From contig CAXNMF010000010.1 of the NCBI GenBank assembly GCA_964203275.1, forward strand, positions 16,159 through 80,158: DNA of 64,000 bases. The letters are read 5' to 3'. Positions within the stretch are counted from its first letter, which is position 1; each line of letters opens with the position of its first letter. This document shows positions 20,506 through 29,552 of the stretch, one piece after another. The translations under genes were made by a program, and so were the position numbers. This DNA is from Burkholderiales bacterium. Lineage in GTDB: Bacteria > Pseudomonadota > Gammaproteobacteria > Burkholderiales > SG8-41. The notes beneath the pieces are model-generated. The model did no database searches. It worked only from the letters and a program-made list of their open reading frames with translations, and was not told where the DNA came from.

Positions 20506-20745
20506 CTACTGCTCGGCTGCGCCGAAATTCTTCAGCACGCCATTTTCCAGAATTTTCACTTGCTGCTGGGCATCATGGAGCTGCGCCTGACAGAACTTGA
20601 GCAGCTCGGCGCCGCGCTTGTACGCGGTCAGCGACTGCTCCAGCGGCATCTGGCCTTCTTCCATCGCTTCGACGATTTTTTCAAGCTCGGCTAGAGCCGT
20701 TTCGAAAGTGGGCGTGGCGGATGCGGATTTTGTGGTTTTGGACAT
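20506..20745 (-). CDS. xseB: Exodeoxyribonuclease VII small subunit
   Basis: 79 aa. FETALAELEKIVEAMEEGQMPLEQSLTAYKRGAELLKFCQAQL is typical XseB. Confidence 0.92.
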   Translation of the reverse strand: MSKTTKSASATPTFETALAELEKIVEAMEEGQMPLEQSLTAYKRGAELLKFCQAQLHDAQQQVKILENGVLKNFGAAEQ

Positions 20746-20886
20746 AAGGGTGCGCGACCCCGCGAAAGGGTCAGGAAATGTAGCGCAATCAGAAGGTTGC
20801 GGTCAACGATGGCGCCATGGAAACACGCCGGACGCCCCGTGACCGAACGACCCGCTCAGCAATGCGGACGATGTATGCCAGCCGCG

Positions 20887-22098
20887 CTAATGATGTTCAT
20901 CCACAGCGCGTGGAATCAGGCTCTGTTTGCCGAGCGGTTTTAACGATGCTTCATTACTGTTCAGGCAAATCTCGCGCATCGCCAGCAGTGCCCGGGCTGC
21001 CGCGGTTTCGCGCCAGAACCAGTTTTCGATCGCCAAAGGCGCTAGATTGCCCGGTTGTGCGGCAGCCGCTTCGTAGTAATAAGCCTTGATGTCGTCGCAC
21101 GCGCGTTTCACCGCAATGCCCGCCGACCAGTCTGGCTTGGGTGGAGCAACCGGCTTGCCCTCCAGATAAGCAGCGACATGATTCGCCGCGTCATCCACCG
21201 TCGCGGCAAAGACCCCGACGGTGGTGCGTCCGCGGCGTTTTTTCGCCAAGTCATACCAGGACGCCAGCTGTGCAATCTCTTCAAACATCGCACGGCCCAG
21301 TTCATCCGCTTTCAGCGGAGGCGGTGCAAAACTGACGGGACAGGCGAAACCGCCTTGCTGCGTTTCAGTTGCCGGCGCTTCTTCGGGAAAATCCTCCAGC
21401 ACCGGTCCTGTCTGACGTTCGAACAATGTCAGAAGTGCATGCAGCACGCGACGCTGGAAGTCCGGCTCATTCGGCGCGCCCAATGGCCGACCGAGCATGA
21501 ACGGCACCCACAAGGCCCGCGGTGGCCGGATCGCCGCGGTCTGCTCGCGAATCAGACTGATCTGCGCAGTCGCAACGCCTTCCCGTTCCAGGTAGTGGCT
21601 CAGTGCGCCCACGGCGCACGTGCAGTTCGGTCAGACCGGCGTTAGTACAACCGCGTCTACGCGATCTTTTTTCAGCAGCGCAGCCAGTTCGCGGGCTTTT
21701 GGTTCGAGTGCGCGGATCGGCGCCGCACCCATGAAGGAATAATGGAAATCTGCAACTTCTCCGATTACTCCGCCCGCTGCCAGTTCGCGCAGCCGCTGCA
21801 GCGGAAATGCGACGTTGAGATCTTCCTGAAAACCGGTACGGTCGAAATTGACCGACATGTGGCTCATCACCAGATCGCCCGGCGGCGTATCACCGGGAAT
21901 CACGCGATAGTCCGTAGCACCAGTGGCGAACGGACGGTCATCGCGCACATGAATGCCTGCCGTAGTAACAATCGCGACGCGGCGCTCACGCAGTGGCGAT
22001 CCTGCAAGGAACGGTGTGTGGCCGAAGTCAGGCAGATCGTCAATCTTGTCGAGATGATGCTTACGTTCTGCTTCGGGAAAATCGCTCAATCGCGCCAT
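20887..22098 (-). CDS. GrdB/PrdB-family (glycine/sarcosine/betaine/D-proline reductase subunit B-like) selenoprotein; in-frame TGA at 21631..21633 read as Sec (codon 156)
   Basis: Track ORFs 21631..22098 and 20887..21612 are in the same frame with only a TGA and 6 sense codons between them: ...DRVDAVVLTPV-U-PNCTCAVGALSHYLEREGVATAQISLIRE... Hairpin immediately downstream. selA, selB and selC are in the window. GGAGA RBS before the ATG at 22098. Confidence 0.8.
21603..21619 (-). promoter_or_regulatory. Putative bacterial SECIS hairpin for the GrdB-like gene
   Basis: On the minus strand, GUGCGCC-GUG-GGCGCAC: perfect 7-bp stem, GUG loop. Stem starts 11 nt after the UGA; loop G is 19 nt from it. 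Confidence 0.55.
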
Positions 22099-22170
22099 AT
22101 CATCTCCAGTTTGATCGCCTTCACGCCTGCACCCTGACTGCAGAAACGACAGTGTGTCACAGCGGACATT

Positions 22171-22755
22171 TTATTTTTGGAGACAGCGCAGCATCACCGC
22201 TGCGATATCGCTCAGCACCGCACGATCGGGATTGGCCTTGCCGACCAGCCGTAAACCCTGGATACCGGAAACCAGAAAACGCGCCAGCGATGCCACATCC
22301 GCATCCGCTGCAATTTCACCACGCGTCCGCGCGCGTGCGAGCGCAGTCTCAAACGCGGCTTCGATCCGCGCCAGACTTTGCCGCACCCGGGCCGCCGTCG
22401 CGCGATCCTGCGCGGCCAGCTCGGTGGCGCAATTGCCGATGAAGCAGCCGGCACGGCCCGGCCCGGCAACGACGCGGTCGATCAATCCGTCGATGAATCC
22501 GCTGATCGCCTTGAGTACCGGCGCGTCTCCGGATAACGCTGCATCAATGCGCCCCAGCGTTTGCCCCTCGTAGCGTTCAAGCGACCGGTGCAGCAACTCG
22601 CGCTTGCCGCCATAAGCCGCATAAAGGCTGGATCGGCTTAGCCCGGTGACCGTGCATAAGTCATCGATGGAAGTTCCGCGATAACCCCGGGCCCAGAAGG
22701 CCTGCATGGCCTTCTCGACAGCCGCTTCAGCGTCAAATTCACGCGGTCTGGCCAC
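22171..22755 (-). CDS. TetR/AcrR-family transcriptional regulator
   Basis: N-terminal HTH FWARGYRGTSIDDLCTVTGLSRSSLYAAYGGKRELL. 194 aa. Shares 1 nt with the upstream DUF302 gene. Confidence 0.88.
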   Translation of the reverse strand: MARPREFDAEAAVEKAMQAFWARGYRGTSIDDLCTVTGLSRSSLYAAYGGKRELLHRSLERYEGQTLGRIDAALSGDAPVLKAISGFIDGLIDRVVAGPGRAGCFIGNCATELAAQDRATAARVRQSLARIEAAFETALARARTRGEIAADADVASLARFLVSGIQGLRLVGKANPDRAVLSDIAAVMLRCLQK

Positions 22756-23204
22756 TAGCGCACGGACTCCGCTGCGAGTCCGGCGAGGGCTTTCTGCAGA
22801 TTGGGCACTACGGCGCAGTTGCCGGCTTCGTGGCGTTTGCCGAGGTAAGCGGGATCGTTATAGCCCAGCCAGTTTTGCCCTGAGGCATCCTGCCACGCCA
22901 GCACCTTCAGCGGCAGGTCGATGCCGGCGGTCTGCGCGCATTCCATCAAAGGTGTGCCGCCCTGCGGGTTGCCGAACACCAGCAATTCCGTGGGGCGCAG
23001 ATCCTTGCCGATTTTTTTTGCGCCGGCGGCATGGTCAACGCGCAGGAATATATTGAGTCCCTTGCCCTTCGCCGCAGCCTCGAAACGATCCATCGTGTCT
23101 TTGACGCTGTGTGCGCTTTTCACCGCGATCAGCCCGTCAGCGGCACCCGCGTGTACGGCAAACATGGCGAACAACGTTCCAGCAATGATGCAATTCAAGC
23201 CCAT
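22755..23204 (-). CDS. DUF302 domain protein with signal peptide
   Basis: MGLNCIIAGTLFAMFAVHAGAADG then SVKDTMDRFEAAAKGKGLNIFLRVDHAAGAKKIG...ELLVFGNPQGGTPLM...IDLPLKVLAWQD (DUF302 pattern). GGAGA RBS before the ATG at 23204. Confidence 0.75.
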   Translation of the reverse strand: MGLNCIIAGTLFAMFAVHAGAADGLIAVKSAHSVKDTMDRFEAAAKGKGLNIFLRVDHAAGAKKIGKDLRPTELLVFGNPQGGTPLMECAQTAGIDLPLKVLAWQDASGQNWLGYNDPAYLGKRHEAGNCAVVPNLQKALAGLAAESVR

Positions 23205-23220
23205 GATTTTCTCCAATGGA

Positions 23221-23817
23221 TTATTTGGCATGCACGCCAGGGGTCCATCCGGAAGCCGTGAGGTGCTCCCGGGCGAATTCCAGCGGATGGTCTTCAAGTT
23301 GTGTTGCCAGCGTGTCGTTCCACCGGTTCATCCAGCCGAACATGGAAATCACCGAGACGATTTCGATGATGGCGTCTTCGGAAAAATGTTTTTTCAGTTC
23401 ATCGAAATGCGCGTCCGTGACCGAAGGCGGCGTGCCGCCGGCAGCAAGAGCCAGATTGAGCGCAGCCCGCTCGGCCGGCGTAAACAGCGGGCTGGACTGG
23501 AACTGCCACAAGGCGTGCAGCTTCTCATCCGCCACCTTGCCGCGCTCGACAGCGTTTTCGGCGTTGTGCGCGGTGCAGTAGCGGCAGCCGGAGGCATTGC
23601 TGACGACTTCGGCGATCATGAAACGCAGTGCTGCCGGCACTTCGCCGGCATCCACCATCACCGCATCGCGCAGTTCTCGCACCAGCCTGAACACCCGCGG
23701 TTTGCGCGCCAGGGTCAGCCAGCTGTTGGGGACATACCCGCGCTGCTTGCGGGCCTTTTCGAAGTCCGGGGCGAGTTCCGCCAGGCGTTCGGCCGGCGCA
23801 GGTGAGATACGGGACAT
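23221..23817 (-). CDS. Carboxymuconolactone decarboxylase (AhpD-like) family peroxidase-related protein
   Basis: CxxC motif within IAEVVSNASGCRYCTAHN, typical of the AhpD/CMD fold. Start set at MSRISPAPAERL (ATG at 23817). Confidence 0.75.
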   Translation of the reverse strand: MSRISPAPAERLAELAPDFEKARKQRGYVPNSWLTLARKPRVFRLVRELRDAVMVDAGEVPAALRFMIAEVVSNASGCRYCTAHNAENAVERGKVADEKLHALWQFQSSPLFTPAERAALNLALAAGGTPPSVTDAHFDELKKHFSEDAIIEIVSVISMFGWMNRWNDTLATQLEDHPLEFAREHLTASGWTPGVHAK

Positions 23818-24052
23818 GGTTTTCCTCGTGGATGGTGAATCGGTTCGCGGAGTCGGGTTGACCGCTGGCCGATTCATTATAGAATGATCGTTCCAGAATG
23901 CAACTGGCCCGATAATCAACGTCTGCCACGGCGAAACCATGCGGTCCGGCAACACATGGTGACAAGCGACAAGCCGCTTGTAAGGTTTATGCTGCGGTTG
24001 CGACTGACCGGTAGCTTTCAACCGGATCCGTATTTTTCAGGAGTTCATTTCA

Positions 24053-25018
24053 ATGCACGCCACACTCCCGCTGCTGGACGCCACCGGCTTCCCGGCGATC
24101 CACCGCAAGGCAGTCGAGACCCTCCAGGTCAACCTCGGCTACAAGTGCAACCAGAGCTGCCTGCACTGCCACGTCAACGCCGGGCCGACGCGCACGGAGC
24201 TGATGTCGCGTGAAACCATTTTCGAAGTCATCGCCTGCCTGAAGGCGGCAAACATCCGCACGCTGGACGTCACCGGCGGCGCGCCGGAACTGAATCCACA
24301 TTTCCGCATGCTGGTCGAATCCGCTCGCGGGCTTGACGTGCGGGTTATCGACCGCTGCAACCTGACCATCCTGTTCGAACTGGGGCATGAAGACCTCGCG
24401 CAGTTCCTCGCTGATCAACAGGTCGAAATCACCGCATCGCTGCCCTGCTACCTTGAGGACAACGTTGACCGCCAGCGCGGCAAGGGCGTGTTCGACACCA
24501 GTATCCGCGCGCTGCAGAAACTCAACAGCCTCGGTTACGCACAGCCGGGATCGCCGCTGAAACTGAACCTGGTCTATAACCCGCAGGGCCCTGTGCTGCC
24601 GCCCGGCCAGGAAGGCCTGCAGCGCGATTATCAGCAGCGCCTGTTCGACGGCTACGGTGTGGTGTTCAACGAACTGTATGCGCTGACCAATATGCCGATC
24701 CAGCGTTTCGGCAGCACGCTCGTCTCCAAAGGCCAGTTCGATCCGTACATGAAACTGCTGAAAGGTGCTTACCGCGCCGAAAACCTCGACACCGTGATGT
24801 GCCGGACGCTTCTGTCGGTGGACTGGCAGGGTTACGTTTATGACTGCGATTTCAATCAGATGCTGGAATTGCCGCTGCTGTGGAAGGGCCGTCCGCGCAC
24901 ACACCTGCGCGAACTGCTCGGCGCAGACCTTGAAGGCAATCCGATTGCCGTGCGGGACCACTGCTATGGCTGTACGGCAGGGCAGGGTTCTAGCTGCGGC
25001 GGCGCGCTGGCTGACTGA
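24053..25018 (+). CDS. arsS: ArsS-type radical SAM / Cys-rich domain protein (Cys form of a family that includes selenoproteins)
   Basis: Radical SAM cluster motif GYKCNQSCLHCH. C-terminal Cys-rich tail DHCYGCTAGQGSSCGGALAD. Overall match to the radical SAM/Cys-rich family as I remember it. Confidence 0.8.
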   Translation: MHATLPLLDATGFPAIHRKAVETLQVNLGYKCNQSCLHCHVNAGPTRTELMSRETIFEVIACLKAANIRTLDVTGGAPELNPHFRMLVESARGLDVRVIDRCNLTILFELGHEDLAQFLADQQVEITASLPCYLEDNVDRQRGKGVFDTSIRALQKLNSLGYAQPGSPLKLNLVYNPQGPVLPPGQEGLQRDYQQRLFDGYGVVFNELYALTNMPIQRFGSTLVSKGQFDPYMKLLKGAYRAENLDTVMCRTLLSVDWQGYVYDCDFNQMLELPLLWKGRPRTHLRELLGADLEGNPIAVRDHCYGCTAGQGSSCGGALAD

Positions 25019-25036
25019 TCGCACGAAAGCCCATCC

Positions 25037-26422
25037 ATGATCGAACCGGCATTCGCCATCTATTTCTGGGGTTTCCTGCTGCTGTACGGCGGTGCGATGT
25101 ACGCGATCACGCCACGCTCGCGCACGGCTGCCAGTTTTTTCACCGGCAGCGACGACGCGGGCCGTCCGGCCACAGAATGGGCGCTGATGTGCAGCATTTT
25201 CATCAGTTGGATATTCGCCAAGTCGGTGACCAACGCCGCCAATCTCGGCGCGGCGTGGGGCGTGGTGGGCGGCCTCGCCTACGCAACCTACTGGCTGTCA
25301 ATCCCGGTCGCCGGCATCGTGATTTACCGGTTGCGCACACGCCATGGCGCGACCGGACTGGTACCTTTCCTGATCACGCGTTACGGCAGGCTTGCCGCAT
25401 TGGCGTTCACGCTGGCCATCCTGATCCGGCTTTACAACGAAGTCTGGAGCAACACAGCCGTCGTCGGCGCCTATTACGGACAAGCCGGCTCATGGACCTT
25501 CATCACCGCAGCGCTGCTGTTTACTGCGGCGACGCTGGTCTATGCACTGAAGGGCGGATTACGCAGTTCCATCGTTACCGATGTCATCCAGACCGTTCTG
25601 TTCATCGTCGCACTGGGTGCCGTGCTGTTCCTGGTGCTGCCGCACCATGGCCTGGGCACGCTGCTGTCGGTCGGCGACTTCCGCATGAATGCCGGCGTCG
25701 ACCTGATTCTGGTCGCACTGCTGCAGGTACTGTCCTATCCCTTCCACGACCCGGTGCTCACCGATCGCGGTTTCATCACCCGCGAGAAAACCATGCTGCG
25801 CGCGATGATCACCGCCGGCGTGCTGGGTTTCGTCTGCATCTTTGCATTCAGCCTGGTCGGTGTTCACGCCAAACTGGAAGGGCTGCCTGCGGGCGACAAC
25901 ATGCCGGGCGCCGTTGCGCTGGCCTTCGGCACGATTCCCTATCTGCTGATGACCATAGTGATGATCATGGCCGCGGGTTCGACGTTGGACTCGACATTCG
26001 CCTCGGTCGCCAAGTCGATCGGTCAGGAAGTGCCGATGCTCGTCGGCCGCAAACCGGGTGCGCGTGCGATGGTTGTGGGCATGTGGACAATGATCGTGTT
26101 CGCGCTGCTCGGCAACATTCCAATGATTGCCGGCACCGACATTCTGAAGGCCACCACCATCAGCGGCACGATGGTGATGGGCCTGGCACCGGTGTTCCTG
26201 CTGGCGCCGTTGGTCAAACATTCCCCATGGAGCTTCCATCTGGCGTTCTGGCCCGGCGTGTTGCTCGGTGTGCTGCTTGCGGCCGGCATGATTCCGCCGT
26301 CCTTGGCCATTGGTGACGGCAAATACGCATTGCTGCTCGGCGTGAACTTTTACGGGCTCGGCCTGTGCACTGCTGGTTTCCTGCTGCCGATTGCCCTGCA
26401 GAAACTGCGCGGACCACGATGA
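25037..26422 (+). CDS. Sodium:solute symporter (SSS)-family-like permease
   Basis: 461 aa, about 12 TM segments. Stop overlaps the next start (ATGA at 26419..26422). Family assigned from overall topology and sequence feel only. Confidence 0.6.
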   Translation: MIEPAFAIYFWGFLLLYGGAMYAITPRSRTAASFFTGSDDAGRPATEWALMCSIFISWIFAKSVTNAANLGAAWGVVGGLAYATYWLSIPVAGIVIYRLRTRHGATGLVPFLITRYGRLAALAFTLAILIRLYNEVWSNTAVVGAYYGQAGSWTFITAALLFTAATLVYALKGGLRSSIVTDVIQTVLFIVALGAVLFLVLPHHGLGTLLSVGDFRMNAGVDLILVALLQVLSYPFHDPVLTDRGFITREKTMLRAMITAGVLGFVCIFAFSLVGVHAKLEGLPAGDNMPGAVALAFGTIPYLLMTIVMIMAAGSTLDSTFASVAKSIGQEVPMLVGRKPGARAMVVGMWTMIVFALLGNIPMIAGTDILKATTISGTMVMGLAPVFLLAPLVKHSPWSFHLAFWPGVLLGVLLAAGMIPPSLAIGDGKYALLLGVNFYGLGLCTAGFLLPIALQKLRGPR

Positions 26423-27423
26423 GTTCCGAGCAACAACCCGGGCGCAGCTGCCCGCTGCACTACCGCTACCCGCCGGAGTCGCTGAACCGTGCTGCGGATT
26501 TCAACGCCGACACGTTGTATGTGATTGGCGGTCTTTATGGCAACGCCGCTGCATTGCGTACCATCGAAGAACTGGCGGCAGCCGAAGCCGCGGTGCCAAC
26601 ACTGACCTTCAACGGCGACTTCAACTGGTTCAACATCGATGCTGCCGGTTTCCGGGACATCAATGAAGCCGTACTTCGCCACCATGCACTGCGCGGCAAC
26701 GTCGAAACCGAACTGGCGAACGATGATGACGCCGAGGGCTGCGGCTGTGGTTATCCAGACAGTGTCAGCGACAAGGAAGTCGAACGGTCCAACGCCATCC
26801 TCGCGCGCCTGCGCGAAACGGCGAAACCTTTTCCGGAGCTGCGTACTCAACTGGCCGCGCTGCCGATGAATCTGGTCGCACAGGTCGGCAAACTGCGTGT
26901 GGCGATTGTCCACGGCGACTGCGAGTCGCTTGCCGGCTGGTCGTACGACGAATCAGCACTGCGCGACGCACCGGGCATTGCCCATGTTGCCGAGCATTGC
27001 AAAGCGGCCGACGTGAATATCATTGCCAGCAGCCACACCTGCCTGCCCGTCGCGCTGGCGCTGGACACGACGAAAGGTGCGGCCGCGCTGTTCAACAACG
27101 GCGCGGCCGGCATGCCCAATTTCGCCGGCACGTCGTTCGGCGTGATCACGCGGATTTCCACAACACCCGCCACGACATCGGCGACCTTGTATGGAACGGT
27201 GATTAACGGCATCCACATCGATGCCATTGCCGTCCACTATGACCACTCCGCATGGCAGGCAGCATTCAGCGCAAACTGGCCCGACGGCAGCACAGCCGAG
27301 CTCTCCTACGGCAAACGTATCAACAACGGCCCGCGTTACGGGCTCAATCGCGCGATGGGGCGCGGTATCCGCATCAGCCGCAACCTGTTGCAACAGGTAC
27401 GCACGGCCGGAGGACAGTCTTGA
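26419..27423 (+). CDS. Metallophosphoesterase-like protein (degenerate calcineurin-type motifs)
   Basis: LYVIGGLYGN, NGDFNWF, LRGNVE, VAIVHGD and IIASSHTC resemble the MPE motif series, but the first DxH is replaced. Start is the ATG at 26419 (MSSEQQPG). Confidence 0.55.
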   Translation: MSSEQQPGRSCPLHYRYPPESLNRAADFNADTLYVIGGLYGNAAALRTIEELAAAEAAVPTLTFNGDFNWFNIDAAGFRDINEAVLRHHALRGNVETELANDDDAEGCGCGYPDSVSDKEVERSNAILARLRETAKPFPELRTQLAALPMNLVAQVGKLRVAIVHGDCESLAGWSYDESALRDAPGIAHVAEHCKAADVNIIASSHTCLPVALALDTTKGAAALFNNGAAGMPNFAGTSFGVITRISTTPATTSATLYGTVINGIHIDAIAVHYDHSAWQAAFSANWPDGSTAELSYGKRINNGPRYGLNRAMGRGIRISRNLLQQVRTAGGQS

Positions 27424-29552
27424 ACAAAAGCAAATTGCTGGTCGTCGCCATCATCGCGGCCGCCATCACCGCATTTTTTGTATTTGACCTGAAGCAATAT
27501 GTCTCGCTGGATTACTTCCAGTCGCAGCGTGCGGCCATCGAAGCTGCCGTGGCCGCAGACCCGGTTCGGGCCGGCCTGCTGTTTTTCGCCATCTACGTCG
27601 CTGCCACTGGCTTGTCGCTGCCCGGCGCCTCGGTACTGACGCTGATCGCGGGTGCCATCTTCGGACTGCTCTGGGGCACCCTCATCGTGTCATTCGCCTC
27701 GACCATCGGGGCCACGCTCGCGTTCCTGACATCACGTTTCCTGCTGCGGGATTGGGTGCAGCAGCGCTTCGGCGACCGGCTGCGTCCGATCAATGAAGGC
27801 GTTGCACGCGAAGGCGCGTTCTACCTGTTCGCATTGCGGCTGGTGCCGGCGTTTCCGTTCTTCGCCGTGAACCTGCTGATGGGGTTGACGCCGATCCGCA
27901 CCGCAACCTACTACTGGGTCAGCCAGCTCGGCATGTTTGCGGGCACCGTGGTCTATGTTTATGCGGGAACCCAACTTGGCGAATTCCGCATCTCGGCAGG
28001 ACTCATCGGGGCCTTTGTATTGTTGGGTCTGTTCCCGCTGATCGCCAAAAAAACCCTCGATGCACTCAAGGCCCGCAAGGTCTATGCCGGCTGGGCACGC
28101 CCGGCAACCTTTGACCGCAATCTTGTCGTGATCGGCGGCGGCTCCGCCGGACTGGTCTCGGCATACATTGCCGCCGCGGTAAAGGCAAAAGTGACACTGG
28201 TCGAAAAACACAAGATGGGCGGTGATTGTCTGAACACCGGCTGCGTGCCGTCGAAGGCGCTGATCAAGTCGGCCAAGCTGGTTGCCACGATGAAACATGC
28301 GACCGATTTCGGTCTGAAAAATACGCTGGTGGATTTTGATTTCGCTGACGTGATGGAACGTGTGCAGCGCGTGGTGCGAGAGATCGAACCGCATGATTCG
28401 ATCGAGCGTTACACGAAACTCGGCGTCGAGTGCCTGACCGGTGAAGCAAAAATCGTATCGCCATGGTCGGTGGAAATCACCACGGCAGGCAGCAAACAGA
28501 CCCTGACCACCCGCGGCATCATCATCGCCGCCGGCGCGCGGCCCTTCGTGCCGCCGATCCCCGGCATTGAAGACACTGGCTATCTGACCTCAGACACGCT
28601 GTGGGACCTTCGCCAGCTGCCGAAGCGCCTGCTGGTACTCGGCGGTGGTCCGATCGGCTGTGAGCTGACGCAGTGTTTTGCCCGCCTTGGTGCGCAGGTC
28701 ACACAAGTCGAAATGCTGCCGCGGCTGATGATACGCGAGGACCCGGAGATATCGGATCTGGTCATGCAGAGGTTCCGCGCCGAGGGCGTCAACGTGCTGG
28801 TCAGCCACAAGGCACAACGCTTCGCCATCGAGAATGGCGAGAAGGTGCTGTATTGCGAGCATAACGGCGACACCGTGCGCATCGTCTTCGACACGCTGCT
28901 CTGCGCCGTCGGCCGCGTTGCCAATACCACCGGTTACGGCCTTGAAGAACTCGGCATTCCTGTGACCAAGGCCCGCACCGTCGAAGTCAACGAATTCATG
29001 CAGACCAAATATCCGAACATCCTCGCCTGCGGCGATATCGCCGGCCCATATCAATTCACACATACCGCAGCGCACACCGCCTGGTACGCCGCAGTCAACG
29101 GCCTGTTCGGCGGATATAAAAAATTCCGCGCCGACTTCTCGGTGATTCCGTGGGCGACCTTCACCGATCCCGAAGTGGCACGCGTCGGGCTTAATGAAAC
29201 CGAAGCGAAGGAAAAAAATATTCCTTATGAAGTCACCACCTACGGCATTGACGACCTCGACCGCGCCATCGCGGACGGCAACGCCCACGGCCTGGTCAAA
29301 GTGCTGACCGTGCCCGGCAAAGACAAAATCCTCGGCGCCACCATCGCCGGCGAACACGCTGGCGACCTGATCACCGAATTCGTCAGCGCCATGAAACACG
29401 GCATCGGACTGAACAAGATCCTCGGCACCATCCACATCTATCCAACGCTAGCCGAAGCCAACAAATACGTCGCCGGGAACTGGAAGCGCAATCACGCACC
29501 TAAAGGATTGCTGGAGTGGGTGGAAAAGTTTAATGCGTGGCGGCGCAACTAG
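27420..29552 (+). CDS. Fusion protein: TVP38/TMEM64 (DedA-like) membrane domain + class-I pyridine nucleotide-disulfide oxidoreductase (MerA/Lpd-like)
   Basis: TTG start overlaps the previous TGA. N-terminal membrane domain (LPGASVLTLIAGAIFGLLWGT...FALRLVPAFPFFAVNLLMG), then VVIGGGSAGLVSAY, redox-active GGDCLNTGCVPSKAL, second Rossmann LVLGGGPIGCELTQ, and a dimerisation domain with HIYPTLAE. Confidence 0.85.
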   Translation: MNKSKLLVVAIIAAAITAFFVFDLKQYVSLDYFQSQRAAIEAAVAADPVRAGLLFFAIYVAATGLSLPGASVLTLIAGAIFGLLWGTLIVSFASTIGATLAFLTSRFLLRDWVQQRFGDRLRPINEGVAREGAFYLFALRLVPAFPFFAVNLLMGLTPIRTATYYWVSQLGMFAGTVVYVYAGTQLGEFRISAGLIGAFVLLGLFPLIAKKTLDALKARKVYAGWARPATFDRNLVVIGGGSAGLVSAYIAAAVKAKVTLVEKHKMGGDCLNTGCVPSKALIKSAKLVATMKHATDFGLKNTLVDFDFADVMERVQRVVREIEPHDSIERYTKLGVECLTGEAKIVSPWSVEITTAGSKQTLTTRGIIIAAGARPFVPPIPGIEDTGYLTSDTLWDLRQLPKRLLVLGGGPIGCELTQCFARLGAQVTQVEMLPRLMIREDPEISDLVMQRFRAEGVNVLVSHKAQRFAIENGEKVLYCEHNGDTVRIVFDTLLCAVGRVANTTGYGLEELGIPVTKARTVEVNEFMQTKYPNILACGDIAGPYQFTHTAAHTAWYAAVNGLFGGYKKFRADFSVIPWATFTDPEVARVGLNETEAKEKNIPYEVTTYGIDDLDRAIADGNAHGLVKVLTVPGKDKILGATIAGEHAGDLITEFVSAMKHGIGLNKILGTIHIYPTLAEANKYVAGNWKRNHAPKGLLEWVEKFNAWRRN

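Noticed and set aside
21612-21633. Reading the GrdB-like gene as a frameshifted or split pseudogene, like the other broken genes
   Set aside because: No frame change is needed. The two halves are in the same frame with a single TGA at a Sec-typical position, followed by Cys residues, a hairpin follows, and selA/selB/selC are present.
24050-25024. 324-aa minus-strand ORF overlapping arsS
   Set aside because: The plus-strand frame contains the CxxxCxxC radical SAM motif and the Cys-rich tail. The minus frame has no recognisable features.
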